NCBI GenBank assembly: GCA_036381415.1
Contig: DASVCV010000002.1
Coordinates: 84,091 to 148,090 of the forward strand
Source: Patescibacteria group bacterium
GTDB lineage: Bacteria > Patescibacteriota > Microgenomatia > UBA8517
Direction: 5' to 3'
DNA length: 64,000 nucleotides
The notes under the pieces are model-generated. The model had not been told where the DNA came from, ran no database searches, and saw only the letters and a list, made by a program, of their open reading frames with translations. Positions 19,725-29,440 of this stretch are shown here, in pieces (the stretch's first letter is position 1; each line of letters begins with the position of its first letter). The translations under genes were made by a program, and so were the position numbers.

Positions 19725-20375
19725 ATGGGACAGAAAATTAATCCAATAGGTTTTAGAGTAGGAAAGTTTATGCCTTGGAAGTCTAGGTGGTTTGTTGACA
19801 ATGGAACTTACAAGGATTTACTTTTGGAAGATATAAAAATCAGAAAGACTTTAATGGAGAAATTAAAGCTTGCTGGAGTGGTAACTGTTGAAATTGAAAG
19901 ATTGCCCAAGAGCATGGTAATAACACTTACTGTTTCAAGACCTGGAGTTGTAATCGGGCGCGGCGGAACAGGAATTGAGGAAGTTAAAAAACTTGTAATG
20001 GAGATAATTCGTGGAGTAAGAGGAAAGAAACTTGGAAATATAAAGATTGATTTACATGTACAAGAAGTCAAAAATCCAGAAATTTCAGCACACTTAGTTG
20101 CAAGTAGAATTGCAGGAGACTTGGAAAGACGCATGCCTCACAGAAGAACTGTTATGAAGACAATGGAAAGAGTTATGACATCTGGAGCAGATGGAATAAA
20201 GATTGTGCTTGCAGGACGTATTGGAGGAGCTGATATTGCAAGAAGTGAGGTTTATCACAAAGGTTCAATCCCTACTCAGACATTAAGGGCAAACATAGAT
20301 TATGCACAGGTGCCTGCAAATGGAATTAGAGGATATGTTGGGGTAAAGGTTTGGATTTATAAGGAGAAGGAGTAA
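19725..20375 (+). CDS. rpsC: 30S ribosomal protein S3
   Basis: MGQKINPIGFRVG start, KH domain. Confidence 0.96.
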   Translation: MGQKINPIGFRVGKFMPWKSRWFVDNGTYKDLLLEDIKIRKTLMEKLKLAGVVTVEIERLPKSMVITLTVSRPGVVIGRGGTGIEEVKKLVMEIIRGVRGKKLGNIKIDLHVQEVKNPEISAHLVASRIAGDLERRMPHRRTVMKTMERVMTSGADGIKIVLAGRIGGADIARSEVYHKGSIPTQTLRANIDYAQVPANGIRGYVGVKVWIYKEKE

Positions 20376-20378
20376 ACT

Positions 20379-20795
20379 ATGCTACAGCCAAAAAGAAGAA
20401 AATACAGAAAAGATTTTAGAGGAAGAAGAAAGGGACTTGCAACCCGCGGAACAAGTTTGGCATTTGGTGAATTTGGACTTAAGGCACTAGGAAGAGGTTG
20501 GTTAACAGCAAATCAGTTGGAGGCAGCCAGACGCACGGTTACAAATGATTTAAAGAGAAAAGGAAGAGTTTGGATTAGAGTATTTCCTGATAAACCAGTG
20601 AGTGCAAGAGGTGCGGGACAGCGTATGGGTGGAGGAAAAGGAGATGTTTCTCACTATGTTTCAGTAGTAACACCGGGACGGGTTATTCTAGAAATAGCAG
20701 GAGTTTCAAGAGAATTGGCACAAGATGCTTTGATAAAAGCAGGAAACAAACTGCCTTTTAGAAGCAAGATGGTTGTGAAGGAGGAAATGCTGTGA
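20379..20795 (+). CDS. rplP: 50S ribosomal protein L16
   Basis: MLQPKRRKYRK start. Confidence 0.96.
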   Translation: MLQPKRRKYRKDFRGRRKGLATRGTSLAFGEFGLKALGRGWLTANQLEAARRTVTNDLKRKGRVWIRVFPDKPVSARGAGQRMGGGKGDVSHYVSVVTPGRVILEIAGVSRELAQDALIKAGNKLPFRSKMVVKEEML

Positions 20796-21037
20796 AGAAA
20801 AAGGATTTAAAAGATTTGAAGGAAAAAAGCAATTCTGAGTTAGTTAAAATGCTAAATCAGAAAAGAAGAGAAGTGGGAGAAGTATATGGAAAAGTTAAAG
20901 TGGGAAGAGAGAATAATTTGAAAAAAGCCAGGAATCTAAGGTTAGAAATTGTACAAATAATGGGAGTACTTTCTAATAAAGAAAGTTTGGCTAGTAAAGA
21001 TGACAAAAAGGAAGAGAAGGTAAAGAAAGGAAAGTAA
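20792..21037 (+). CDS. rpmC: 50S ribosomal protein L29 (GTG start) with Lys/Glu-rich C-terminal extension
   Basis: operon position, coiled-coil L29-like N-terminus. Confidence 0.85.
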   Translation: MKKKDLKDLKEKSNSELVKMLNQKRREVGEVYGKVKVGRENNLKKARNLRLEIVQIMGVLSNKESLASKDDKKEEKVKKGK

Positions 21038-21043
21038 AAACAT

Positions 21044-21295
21044 ATGAAAATATTTACAGGAGTAGTTGAAAATACAAAGAATGCAAAAACAGCCAGTGTA
21101 ATGGTGGAGAGAGTTTTTGTGCATCCTCTTTACAAGAAAAGACTTAAAAGAACTAAGAAATATATGGTTCATGATGAGTTTGGAGCAGAGGTTGGAGATA
21201 TAGTTCACTTTGTTGCAACAAAACCAGTCAGCAAAATGAAGAAATGGGTAATTGTTAAGGTAGAGGAAAAGAAAGCAGAAGGGAAGGAAAAATGA
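21044..21295 (+). CDS. rpsQ: 30S ribosomal protein S17
   Basis: 83 aa, GVVENTKNAKTASVMVER. Confidence 0.93.
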   Translation: MKIFTGVVENTKNAKTASVMVERVFVHPLYKKRLKRTKKYMVHDEFGAEVGDIVHFVATKPVSKMKKWVIVKVEEKKAEGKEK

Positions 21296-21657
21296 TACAG
21301 CTAAGAAGCATGTTGAAACCAGCAGATAATTCAGGAGCAAAGATCCTTATGGTTATGGGACTTTCAACAAAAATTGGAAAGAAAGCAACTATTGGGCAGG
21401 TTGTTAAATGTGTTGTAAGAGGAGCTGATTCTGCAGGAATTGTTACAGATCGTGAGAAGGTAAATGTTGTAATTGTAAGGACAAGAAAAGAAGTGAGAAG
21501 AAAAGATGGAACATATGTCAGATTTGATGATAATGCTGGAGTTGTCATAGATAAACAGGGATTGCCTCGTGGAACCAGAGTTTTAGGACCAGTTGCAAGA
21601 GAAGTAAAAGAAGCAGGTTATACAAAAATAGCATCTTTAGCTAGAGAGGTAGTTTAA
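21292..21657 (+). CDS. rplN: 50S ribosomal protein L14
   Basis: MIQLRSMLKPADNSGAK. Confidence 0.96.
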   Translation: MIQLRSMLKPADNSGAKILMVMGLSTKIGKKATIGQVVKCVVRGADSAGIVTDREKVNVVIVRTRKEVRRKDGTYVRFDDNAGVVIDKQGLPRGTRVLGPVAREVKEAGYTKIASLAREVV

Positions 21658-21659
21658 AT

Positions 21660-22007
21660 ATGTATAAATTAAAAATTGGAGACAGTGTAAAAATAGTTTT
21701 AGGAAAAGATAAAGGCAAAGAGGGAAAAATAGAGAAAATTTTTCCTAAGGAAGAGAAAGTTTTAGTGCCAGGAGTAAATCTTTTCAAAAAACATGTGAAG
21801 CCAGCAATGACAATTGATGGCAAGGGCGGAGTTTTTGATATACCCCGTCCACTTGCAGTATCTAAAATTGCAGTAATTTGTCCTAACTGCAAAAAGCAGA
21901 CAAGAGTTGGATTTAAAGAAGTGGAAGGCAAAAAGCAGAGAATTTGCAAGAAATGTGGAAAGCAAATGGATCTAAAGGCGAAGGCAGCAAAGAAAGGAAA
22001 GAAGTAA
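21660..22007 (+). CDS. rplX: 50S ribosomal protein L24 with C-terminal C4 zinc-ribbon extension (CPNC...CKKC)
   Basis: KOW-like N-terminus GDSVKIVLGKDKGKEG; CxxC x17 CxxC at C-terminus. Confidence 0.9.
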   Translation: MYKLKIGDSVKIVLGKDKGKEGKIEKIFPKEEKVLVPGVNLFKKHVKPAMTIDGKGGVFDIPRPLAVSKIAVICPNCKKQTRVGFKEVEGKKQRICKKCGKQMDLKAKAAKKGKK

Positions 22008-22549
22008 TGGGTTTACAAGAAAAATACGAAAAAGAAGTAAAAGTTAATTTGGCAAAGGAATTAAACATTAAAAATGTAATGGCAATCCCTAAAATTACCA
22101 AAGTGGTTATTAATATGGGAACTGGAGATACATATAAAAACAAAGATGTTTTTGCAAAAGTTGCAGAGGGGGTTGGTGCAATTACTGGACAAAAGCCTAA
22201 AGTTACAAAAGCAAAAACCTCAATTGCAGGATTTAACTTAAGAGAAGGACAGCCAGTAGGACTTACTGTTACTTTAAGAGGTAAAAAAATGTATGCATTT
22301 TTGGAGAAAGTAATTTCAATAGTTTTACCTAGACTTCGTGATTTTAGAGGAATAGGAACTAAGGGATTTGATAAATTTGGAAACTATACTTTGGGATTTG
22401 CAGAGAACACTGTTTTTCCTGAGATTGATATTACAAAGATTGACAAGCCAAGGGGTCTTGAGGTTACAATTGTCACCTCAGCAAAAAATGAGAAAGAAGC
22501 AAGAAAGTTATTAGATATGATTGGAATGCCTTTTGAAAAGAAGGAATAA
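22007..22549 (+). CDS. rplE: 50S ribosomal protein L5 (start ATG at 22007 overlapping rplX stop; ORF-track start 21944 is too far upstream)
   Basis: [11 protein letters not shown]...[16 protein letters not shown] typical L5. Confidence 0.92.
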   Translation: MGLQEKYEKEVKVNLAKELNIKNVMAIPKITKVVINMGTGDTYKNKDVFAKVAEGVGAITGQKPKVTKAKTSIAGFNLREGQPVGLTVTLRGKKMYAFLEKVISIVLPRLRDFRGIGTKGFDKFGNYTLGFAENTVFPEIDITKIDKPRGLEVTIVTSAKNEKEARKLLDMIGMPFEKKE

Positions 22550-22560
22550 AGGAGAAAAAT

Positions 22561-22746
22561 ATGGCAACAACAGCAAAAGAAGTAAGAGAGGACAAAAAAC
22601 TAAGATATAAAGGTCGTCATAGAAGCCGTTGCAGGCTTTGCGGCAGGCCGAGAGGTTATATGAGAAAATTTGGTTTGTGCAGATTGTGTTTTAGAGAGTA
22701 TGCACACAAAGGAGAAATTCCTGGTGTTAGAAAGGCAAGCTGGTAA
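22561..22746 (+). CDS. rpsZ: 30S ribosomal protein S14 type Z (zinc-binding, 61 aa)
   Basis: [10 protein letters not shown]...CRLC. Confidence 0.95.
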   Translation: MATTAKEVREDKKLRYKGRHRSRCRLCGRPRGYMRKFGLCRLCFREYAHKGEIPGVRKASW

Positions 22747-23126
22747 TGGTAGGTTATCCTGTTGGTGATTTTTTAATTAGATTTAAAAATGCTGCAAGAG
22801 CAAATTTGAGAGAGGTTACAACTCCTGAAACAAAACTTGTAAAGGAACTAGCAGGAGTTTTAAAGGCTGAAGGATATGCTGAAAAAGTGGAGACAAAGGA
22901 TGGAGAAGTTAAGGTAATACTTAAGTTCCACAAAAAAGAACCACTTTTAATTAATTTAAAACTTGTTTCTAAACCAGGGCTAAGAATTTATATGAAATTA
23001 GATGATTTGAAGAAAAGAAAACCAGGGGCATCAATTTTGATACTTTCTACACCACTTGGGCTACTTTCTTCTAAGAAAGCAGTAAAAAGAGGTGTTGGTG
23101 GAGAAGTAATTGCGGAGGTTTGGTAA
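22746..23126 (+). CDS. rpsH: 30S ribosomal protein S8
   Basis: operon position, S8-like. Confidence 0.93.
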   Translation: MVGYPVGDFLIRFKNAARANLREVTTPETKLVKELAGVLKAEGYAEKVETKDGEVKVILKFHKKEPLLINLKLVSKPGLRIYMKLDDLKKRKPGASILILSTPLGLLSSKKAVKRGVGGEVIAEVW

Positions 23127-23675
23127 ATGGGAAGATTTGGAAGACTACCAGTTTCAGTGCCAGAAGGAGTAAAGATTGAAGATCAATCTAATACTCTAAC
23201 TATTAGTGGGCCAAAAGGAACCTTGACAAGAGTTTTACCTAAAGGAGTAAGTATTAAGATGGGTGAGAAAGAAGTTGTGATTGAATCTAAGGGAGATACT
23301 AAATTTAGTGAGGCCATAAAAGGAACAATTAGGTCACATGTAACTAATATGATTAAAGGAGTAAGTGAAGGTTGGACAAAAACACTTGAGCTAGTTGGAA
23401 CTGGATATAGAGCTGAAGTAAAAGATAATAATTTACACTTAACAGTAGGATTTTCTCATCCAGTAATTATTAATGCACCTGAGGGAATTAAATTTAGTGT
23501 AGAGAAGCTTAAGGTTAAAGTAGAAGGAATGGATAAAGATAAAGTTGGACAGGTTGCAGCATTAGTTAGAGCCAGCCGTCCACCAGATCCATACAAAGGA
23601 AAAGGTGTCAGATATGAAGGAGAGCAGTTGAAGTTGAAACCTGGTAAGCAGGCAGCAAAGACAGGAGCAGCATGA
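23127..23675 (+). CDS. rplF: 50S ribosomal protein L6
   Basis: 182 aa, two-domain L6-like. Confidence 0.93.
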   Translation: MGRFGRLPVSVPEGVKIEDQSNTLTISGPKGTLTRVLPKGVSIKMGEKEVVIESKGDTKFSEAIKGTIRSHVTNMIKGVSEGWTKTLELVGTGYRAEVKDNNLHLTVGFSHPVIINAPEGIKFSVEKLKVKVEGMDKDKVGQVAALVRASRPPDPYKGKGVRYEGEQLKLKPGKQAAKTGAA

Positions 23676-23989
23676 GCAGAACAACATTAAAAAAACATAT
23701 TGCTAGAAAAAGAAGAATTAGATCAAGAGTTTCTGGAACTGTTGAGAGACCAAGAGTTTCTGTGTTTAGATCTAATAAATTTATATATGCACAGATAATT
23801 AATGATGAAAAGGGAGTGACTTTGGCACATGCTAAAGGAAAGGATGCAGCTAAGGTTGGACAGGAATTGGGAGAAAAGGCATTAAAGGCAAAAGTTAAGA
23901 AATTGGTTTTTGATAGAGGAGGATATAAATATCATGGGAATGTTAAAAAGGTTGCTGATGGGTTAAGAGAGAAAGGATTAGATCTTTAA
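23672..23989 (+). CDS. rplR: 50S ribosomal protein L18
   Basis: 105 aa, RPRVSVFRSNKFIYAQII. Confidence 0.93.
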   Translation: MSRTTLKKHIARKRRIRSRVSGTVERPRVSVFRSNKFIYAQIINDEKGVTLAHAKGKDAAKVGQELGEKALKAKVKKLVFDRGGYKYHGNVKKVADGLREKGLDL

Positions 23990-24007
23990 AAAAAATCTAG
24001 AATTAAT

Positions 24008-24499
24008 ATGAAAAATAACAACCCCAATAATTACAGAGGCTTTGAACAAAAAGAGTTTAGTGAGACAGTTGTTGCAATAAATAGAATTTCAAAGAAAACA
24101 AAGGGAGGAAATCAAATGAGATTTTCAGCTCTTGTAGTTGTGGGAGATAAAAAGGGAAAAGTTGGAGTAGGATTGTCTAAGGCAAAGGATGTAAGAAGTG
24201 CAATACAAAAAGCAGTGGCATTTGCAAAAAGACGCATGATTGAGGTACCTCTTAGAGGAACAACAATTCCTTTTGAGGTAAGAGAGAAATTTAGTGCTGC
24301 AAAGATATTATTAAAACCAGCTCCTCCTGGAACTGGAATTATTGCGGGTGGACCAATCAGAGTTGTAATGGATGCAGCTGGAGTAAAAGATGTGTCTGGA
24401 AAGATTTTGGGAACAAAGAACAAAATTTCAAACGTATATGCTACAGTAGAAGCATTAAAGACAATTTCAGAGATGAAGGCTAAAAAGGAAGGAAAGTAA
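24008..24499 (+). CDS. rpsE: 30S ribosomal protein S5
   Basis: 163 aa, VVVGDKKGKVGVG, GTGIIAGGPIR. Confidence 0.95.
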   Translation: MKNNNPNNYRGFEQKEFSETVVAINRISKKTKGGNQMRFSALVVVGDKKGKVGVGLSKAKDVRSAIQKAVAFAKRRMIEVPLRGTTIPFEVREKFSAAKILLKPAPPGTGIIAGGPIRVVMDAAGVKDVSGKILGTKNKISNVYATVEALKTISEMKAKKEGK

Positions 24500-24500
24500 A

Positions 24501-24944
24501 ATGGCAGTTAGATCATTACCAAAAGTAACAAGAAGAAGAGCAAAGAGAGTGGGCCGTGGTGGAGGAAGTGGAAAAGGATCACACGCAAGCGGACGTGGGC
24601 AAAAGGGACAAAAAGCAAGAAAAGATCTACACATTCTTTTTGAAGGATTTAAAGTCAAGAAGTCTATTTTAAGAAGACTTCCCTTCCAGAGAGGAAAAGA
24701 TAAATTTAAAGGGAAGGCAAAACCAATTGCGATTAATTTGGAAGTTCTTAATTTACTTTCGGATGGAGCAAAAGTTGATGTTTCCTCATTAGTTAAAAAT
24801 GGAATTGTTAGAGAGGATGATGCTTTAAAGTATGGAGTAAAGATTTTAGGAAATGGAAAACTTGGTAAAAAACTTACAATTAGTCTTCCTATTTCGAAGT
24901 CTGCTGCCAAAAAGGTTGAGAAACTGGGAGGAAAAATAGTTTAA
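24501..24944 (+). CDS. rplO: 50S ribosomal protein L15 (no rpmD/L30 gene between S5 and L15)
   Basis: RRAKRVGRGGGSGKGSHASGRG. Confidence 0.94.
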   Translation: MAVRSLPKVTRRRAKRVGRGGGSGKGSHASGRGQKGQKARKDLHILFEGFKVKKSILRRLPFQRGKDKFKGKAKPIAINLEVLNLLSDGAKVDVSSLVKNGIVREDDALKYGVKILGNGKLGKKLTISLPISKSAAKKVEKLGGKIV

Positions 24945-24947
24945 GAC

Positions 24948-26240
24948 ATGAAGGTACTTTCTGATATTGCCCGGTTTTTTGTCAGAAGCGTAAAAAGTGA
25001 ACCTGTTAGAAAAAAGATTTTAATAACAGCTTTAATCTTGGTTGTTTTTAGGCTGGCCGCACACATTCCAGTTGCAGGGGTAGACAGAAAAGCATTGGGA
25101 GCTATTTTTGCTGGAAGTCCACTTCTTTCACTCCTTGATGTTTTTTCAGGAGGAACTTTAGCTAATTTTTCAATAATGGCTTTAGGGCTAAACCCTTACA
25201 TTAATGCTTCTATTATTTTGCAATTACTTACTTTTGTGGTTCCATCTTTGGAGGCACTTCAGGAAGAAGGAGAATTGGGACAAGAAAAGATCAATCAATA
25301 TACAAGGTTTTTAACAGTTCCGCTTGCTGCTCTTCAGGGAATGGGAATGTATTTTTTGCTTAGAGGACGCGGACTTATTACTACCCTTACTCCTTTAGAA
25401 TTAGTTGCATTTCTTTTAACCATGGCAGCAGGAACTATGTTTGCTGTATGGCTTGGAGAATTAATTACTGAATATGGAGTTACTAATGGAGTTTCATTTT
25501 TGATTTTTGCAGGAATAGTTTCAAGACTTCCTGTTGCAATTTCTTCTTCAATTAATCAGTTTTTGAGCCCTGAAATGATTGGGAAAACTGCAATATTTGT
25601 AGTTGTGGCACTAGCTATTATTGGACTAGTTGTATTTATTAATGATGCTATGCGGCAAATACCAATTCACTATGCAAGAAGAAATAGAGAGGGGAAAATG
25701 ATATCTGCATCATATATTCCTTTAAGGCTTAACCAAGCAGGAGTGATACCTATTATTTTTGCTGTTTCTTTAGTTCTTCTTCCATCCTTAATTGGACAGT
25801 TTGCTGGATCAATTAATAATCCAGAAGTTGCTAAAGTTGCCTTACAAATTGTTGCACTTTTTAATCCTCAATCATTGGTCTATAACTTGGTCTACTTTTT
25901 CTTAGTAGTTGGGTTTACTTATTTTTATACAACAGTTGTTTTTAATCCAGAAAAAATTTCAGACAGACTTCAAAAACATGGAGGATTTGTCCCAGGAGTA
26001 AGACCAGGAACACAGACAACTAAATATATTTCATTTGTACTTTCTAGAATTACTTTGTTTGGAGCTCTCTTTTTGGGATTTGTTGCTATACTTCCCTCTT
26101 TGATACAAACATTTGTAGGAATTCCTAATTTAGTTATTGGAGGAACAGGAGTGCTTATTGTGGTTTCTGTTATTTTGGAGGCAGTTAGGGATTTGGAAGC
26201 CCAGCTTGTAATGAGGAGGTATGAAGGCTTCTTGCAATAA
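24948..26240 (+). CDS. secY: preprotein translocase subunit SecY
   Basis: 430 aa, 10 TM, conserved position. Confidence 0.95.
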   Translation: MKVLSDIARFFVRSVKSEPVRKKILITALILVVFRLAAHIPVAGVDRKALGAIFAGSPLLSLLDVFSGGTLANFSIMALGLNPYINASIILQLLTFVVPSLEALQEEGELGQEKINQYTRFLTVPLAALQGMGMYFLLRGRGLITTLTPLELVAFLLTMAAGTMFAVWLGELITEYGVTNGVSFLIFAGIVSRLPVAISSSINQFLSPEMIGKTAIFVVVALAIIGLVVFINDAMRQIPIHYARRNREGKMISASYIPLRLNQAGVIPIIFAVSLVLLPSLIGQFAGSINNPEVAKVALQIVALFNPQSLVYNLVYFFLVVGFTYFYTTVVFNPEKISDRLQKHGGFVPGVRPGTQTTKYISFVLSRITLFGALFLGFVAILPSLIQTFVGIPNLVIGGTGVLIVVSVILEAVRDLEAQLVMRRYEGFLQ

Positions 26241-26261
26241 AAAAGAAGCTTTAATCTAAAT

Positions 26262-26897
26262 ATGAATATTTTAATGTTGGGTCCTCAAGGGTCAGGTAAG
26301 GGAACTCAGGCAAGACTTCTGGCTGATAAATTTGGATTTTTCTATTTTGAAAGCGGGGCCTTTTTAAGGGACTTGGCCAAAACAAATGAGGTTGTACGAA
26401 ATATAATTGATTTTGGTAAATTGGTTCCAGACCGTGAGATGTCTTCATATATACAAGCATTTTTTGATGCAAAAGGAAGTTATGACAATATTATTTTTGA
26501 TGGATTTCCAAGAACTAGCGAGCAATATGAGTTTTTTAGAAAATGGCTAACTGACAAAGGAGTAAAACTTGATTTGGCATTTGTTCTTAAAATAAGACCT
26601 GAAGAAACCGTAAGACGCTTGTCTGCAAGAAGGCAGGATCCTGCAACGGGGAAAATTTATAATCTTATAACAGATTTACCACCTGATGGAGTTAATGTTA
26701 AAAGTCTTATACAAAGAGAGGATGATAAACCTGAGGCAATAGAAAGAAGGCTTCAGATTTATGATGAACTTACTGTACCTTTAATTGCTAAGTTAAAAGA
26801 AGACAGCAAAGTGGTTGAGGTTAATGGAGAAAGGCCAATTGATGAAATAAAGGAAGAATTGGCAAAGATTGTGGAGGAAATGAAAAATGACAGATAA
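26262..26897 (+). CDS. adk: adenylate kinase (short form)
   Basis: GPQGSGKGTQA P-loop. Confidence 0.93.
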   Translation: MNILMLGPQGSGKGTQARLLADKFGFFYFESGAFLRDLAKTNEVVRNIIDFGKLVPDREMSSYIQAFFDAKGSYDNIIFDGFPRTSEQYEFFRKWLTDKGVKLDLAFVLKIRPEETVRRLSARRQDPATGKIYNLITDLPPDGVNVKSLIQREDDKPEAIERRLQIYDELTVPLIAKLKEDSKVVEVNGERPIDEIKEELAKIVEEMKNDR

Positions 26898-27648
26898 AAT
26901 CCATTTAAAAACAGAGCAGGAAATGATCATGATGAAAGAAGGAGGAGCTATTTTGGCAAAGGTTAAAAAGGCTGCTGCCAAAAAAGTGGTTGCAGGGGCA
27001 AGTGCATATGATGTGGAAGAGTTTGTGACAGACATGATTGAGGCACAAGGAGCGGAGTCTTCTTTTAAAAAGGTTCCTGGATATAGCTGGTCAACTTGTA
27101 TTAATGTTAACGACGGAGTGGTACACGGCATTCCTAGAAAAGATGTGGTTTTTAAGGAAGGGGATGTGGTTAGTGTTGACCTAGGGGTTTACTACAAGGG
27201 GTTCCATACTGACACAGCTCTAACCGTGGTTGTAGGTAAAATGGATAGCCAAAAGCAGTTTTTCCTGGAAGCAGGGAAAAGGGCTGATAATGCAGGCATA
27301 AAAGTGGTAAAGGAAGGACGTACTGTGGGAGACATCTCAGAAGCTATTGAGGAATCACTTAAAAAGGCCGGTCTTAAGCCCATAAAATCGCTTACAGGGC
27401 ATGGAGTAGGCAGGGAGCTACATGAAGCCCCTTCCATACCTAATTTTGTGTCTGGGAGCCCTGATGAAAGGGTGGTTCTAAAGAAGGGAATGGTCTTGGC
27501 AGTTGAGGTAATGTATACCGCAGGACAGGGTGAAATCACCATGGATAAGGATGGGTGGACATTACGCACGAGGGATGGTAAAATAGCTGGACTTTTCGAA
27601 GAGACCGTAGCTATTACTGGCCACGGTCCTATTGTGTTGACGGCTTGA
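26887..27648 (+). CDS. map: type I methionine aminopeptidase
   Basis: 253 aa, [10 protein letters not shown]. Confidence 0.93.
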   Translation: MTDKIHLKTEQEMIMMKEGGAILAKVKKAAAKKVVAGASAYDVEEFVTDMIEAQGAESSFKKVPGYSWSTCINVNDGVVHGIPRKDVVFKEGDVVSVDLGVYYKGFHTDTALTVVVGKMDSQKQFFLEAGKRADNAGIKVVKEGRTVGDISEAIEESLKKAGLKPIKSLTGHGVGRELHEAPSIPNFVSGSPDERVVLKKGMVLAVEVMYTAGQGEITMDKDGWTLRTRDGKIAGLFEETVAITGHGPIVLTA

Positions 27649-27658
27649 TAGACAAAGA

Positions 27659-27874
27659 ATGAAGGATAGCAAAAACCAGATTATTGAGGGACAAGTTACA
27701 GAAGCCTTACCGAATACTATGTTTAAGGTAACGCTAAGCGATGGAAGAGTGGTTTTGGCAACCTTAACGGGAAGAATGAGAAGGAATTTTATAAGAATAT
27801 TGCCTGGGGATAAAGTAAGAGTGGAAATGACACCATATGATAGGGATCGAGGAAGAATAGTTTATAAAATATAA
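27659..27874 (+). CDS. infA: translation initiation factor IF-1
   Basis: 71 aa S1-like. Confidence 0.93.
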   Translation: MKDSKNQIIEGQVTEALPNTMFKVTLSDGRVVLATLTGRMRRNFIRILPGDKVRVEMTPYDRDRGRIVYKI

Positions 27875-27879
27875 ATACT

Positions 27880-27993
27880 ATGAAAGTTAGATCATCTATA
27901 AAACCAATGTGTAGGGATTGCAAAATAGTCAAAAGACGAGGCGTTTTATTTGTGGTTTGCAAGAACCCAAAACACAAACAGAGGCAAGGGTAA
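27880..27993 (+). CDS. rpmJ: 50S ribosomal protein L36 (37 aa; below ORF-track length cutoff)
   Basis: translated by eye: [38 protein letters not shown]-x2-C-x12-C-x4-H zinc motif; canonical position between infA and rpsM. Confidence 0.9.
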   Translation: MKVRSSIKPMCRDCKIVKRRGVLFVVCKNPKHKQRQG

Positions 27994-28002
27994 ATAATTA
28001 AA

Positions 28003-28416
28003 ATGGCACGTATTTCAGGAGTAGAATTACAAGACAATTGGAGGGTAGATTTTGCCTTAACCCGCATAAAAGGGATAGGCTGGTCTTTAGCTGAAAAAGT
28101 TTTGGCAGAATTACAAATGAATCCTTCTAAAAGGGTTTCAGATTTAACTGGAGAGGATTTAAGTACCTTGGCAAGCAAGGTAGAGGAATATCCAATAGAG
28201 GGAGATTTGGCAAGAAAGGTAAGAGGAGACATACAAAGATTAAGAGATATTTCTTCATATCGTGGTATGAGACACTCTAGAGGACTTCCAGCTAGAGGAC
28301 AAAGAACCAGAACAAATGCACGTACAAAACGAGGAAAGAGAAAGACAGTAGGAGCATTTAAGAAAGAGATGTTGACTAAGATGACAGCAAACAAGAAAGA
28401 GGAGGAGAAGAAATAA
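28003..28416 (+). CDS. rpsM: 30S ribosomal protein S13
   Basis: MARISGVELQDNWRVDFALT. Confidence 0.95.
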   Translation: MARISGVELQDNWRVDFALTRIKGIGWSLAEKVLAELQMNPSKRVSDLTGEDLSTLASKVEEYPIEGDLARKVRGDIQRLRDISSYRGMRHSRGLPARGQRTRTNARTKRGKRKTVGAFKKEMLTKMTANKKEEEKK

Positions 28417-28439
28417 GCGAAAGCTTAAGGTAAATCAAA

Positions 28440-28805
28440 ATGGCAAAGAAATCTGAAGTTACAAACGGAAAAGTATATGTTTTAGCTAGCTTTAACAATA
28501 CTTTAGTGACAGTTACTGATGAGGAAGGAAGAACTATTTCTTGGGGAAGTTCTGGAAAAGTTGGTTTTAAAGGAACAAGGAAAGCAACACCATTTGCTGC
28601 AACAAGTGCTGTTGAGGAAGTCATAAAAGTGGCAAAAGAAAAATCAGACTTAAAAGAAGTGGAAGTTTTTATTAAGGGACCTGGACCAGGAAGAGATGCA
28701 GCATTAAGAGCAATTAAAGCAGCAGGACTAAAGATTTCCATGATTGCAGATGTGACACCAATGCCACATGATGGACCCCGCCCAAAGAAGAAAAGAAGAG
28801 TTTAA
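28440..28805 (+). CDS. rpsK: 30S ribosomal protein S11
   Basis: 121 aa S11-like. Confidence 0.95.
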   Translation: MAKKSEVTNGKVYVLASFNNTLVTVTDEEGRTISWGSSGKVGFKGTRKATPFAATSAVEEVIKVAKEKSDLKEVEVFIKGPGPGRDAALRAIKAAGLKISMIADVTPMPHDGPRPKKKRRV

Positions 28806-28818
28806 TTAGAAAAAAATT

Positions 28819-29421
28819 ATGGCAAGATATACAGGACCTAAAGACAGATTAAGTAGACGTGAAGGATTTGACCTTTTCTCAAAAGGGGCAAAGCTTACAC
28901 GTCTTAATGTTGCACCTGGAGTTCATGGACCAAAAGGTCAAACCAGGCAGCCTTCTCAATATGGAAGACAATTGAGGGAAAAACAGAAAGTAAAAAGGAT
29001 GTATGGATTAATGGAAGCACAGTTTAGGAAGTATGTTGACAAGGCATTAAAGACAAAAGGAAATACTGTTAACAAGTTGTTCTCACTTCTTGAGACCAGA
29101 CTAGACAATGTAGTTTTTAGGCTTGGATTTGCAGCAACTAGACCACAAGCAAGGCAACTAGTTTCTCATAGACATGTATTTGTAAATGGAAAGAAAGTGA
29201 ATATTCCTTCATATGAGGTAAGAGTGTCAGATACTGTAACACTTGATACAAAGGCTACTTCTATTGCATCAGTTAAGAAACTACTTGAAAGTAAGGAAAA
29301 GAAAACCCCAGCTTGGCTAGTTAGAAAAGGACCTGCTGGAAAAGTTGCTAGAATACCGTCAAGAGAAGATGTAGTTGAACCAATTTCAGATCAGGATATA
29401 ATTGAGTTTTACTCAAGGTAA
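28819..29421 (+). CDS. rpsD: 30S ribosomal protein S4
   Basis: MARYTGPKDRLSRREG. Confidence 0.95.
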   Translation: MARYTGPKDRLSRREGFDLFSKGAKLTRLNVAPGVHGPKGQTRQPSQYGRQLREKQKVKRMYGLMEAQFRKYVDKALKTKGNTVNKLFSLLETRLDNVVFRLGFAATRPQARQLVSHRHVFVNGKKVNIPSYEVRVSDTVTLDTKATSIASVKKLLESKEKKTPAWLVRKGPAGKVARIPSREDVVEPISDQDIIEFYSR

Positions 29422-29440
29422 ATTAAAGGAGGTGATATAG

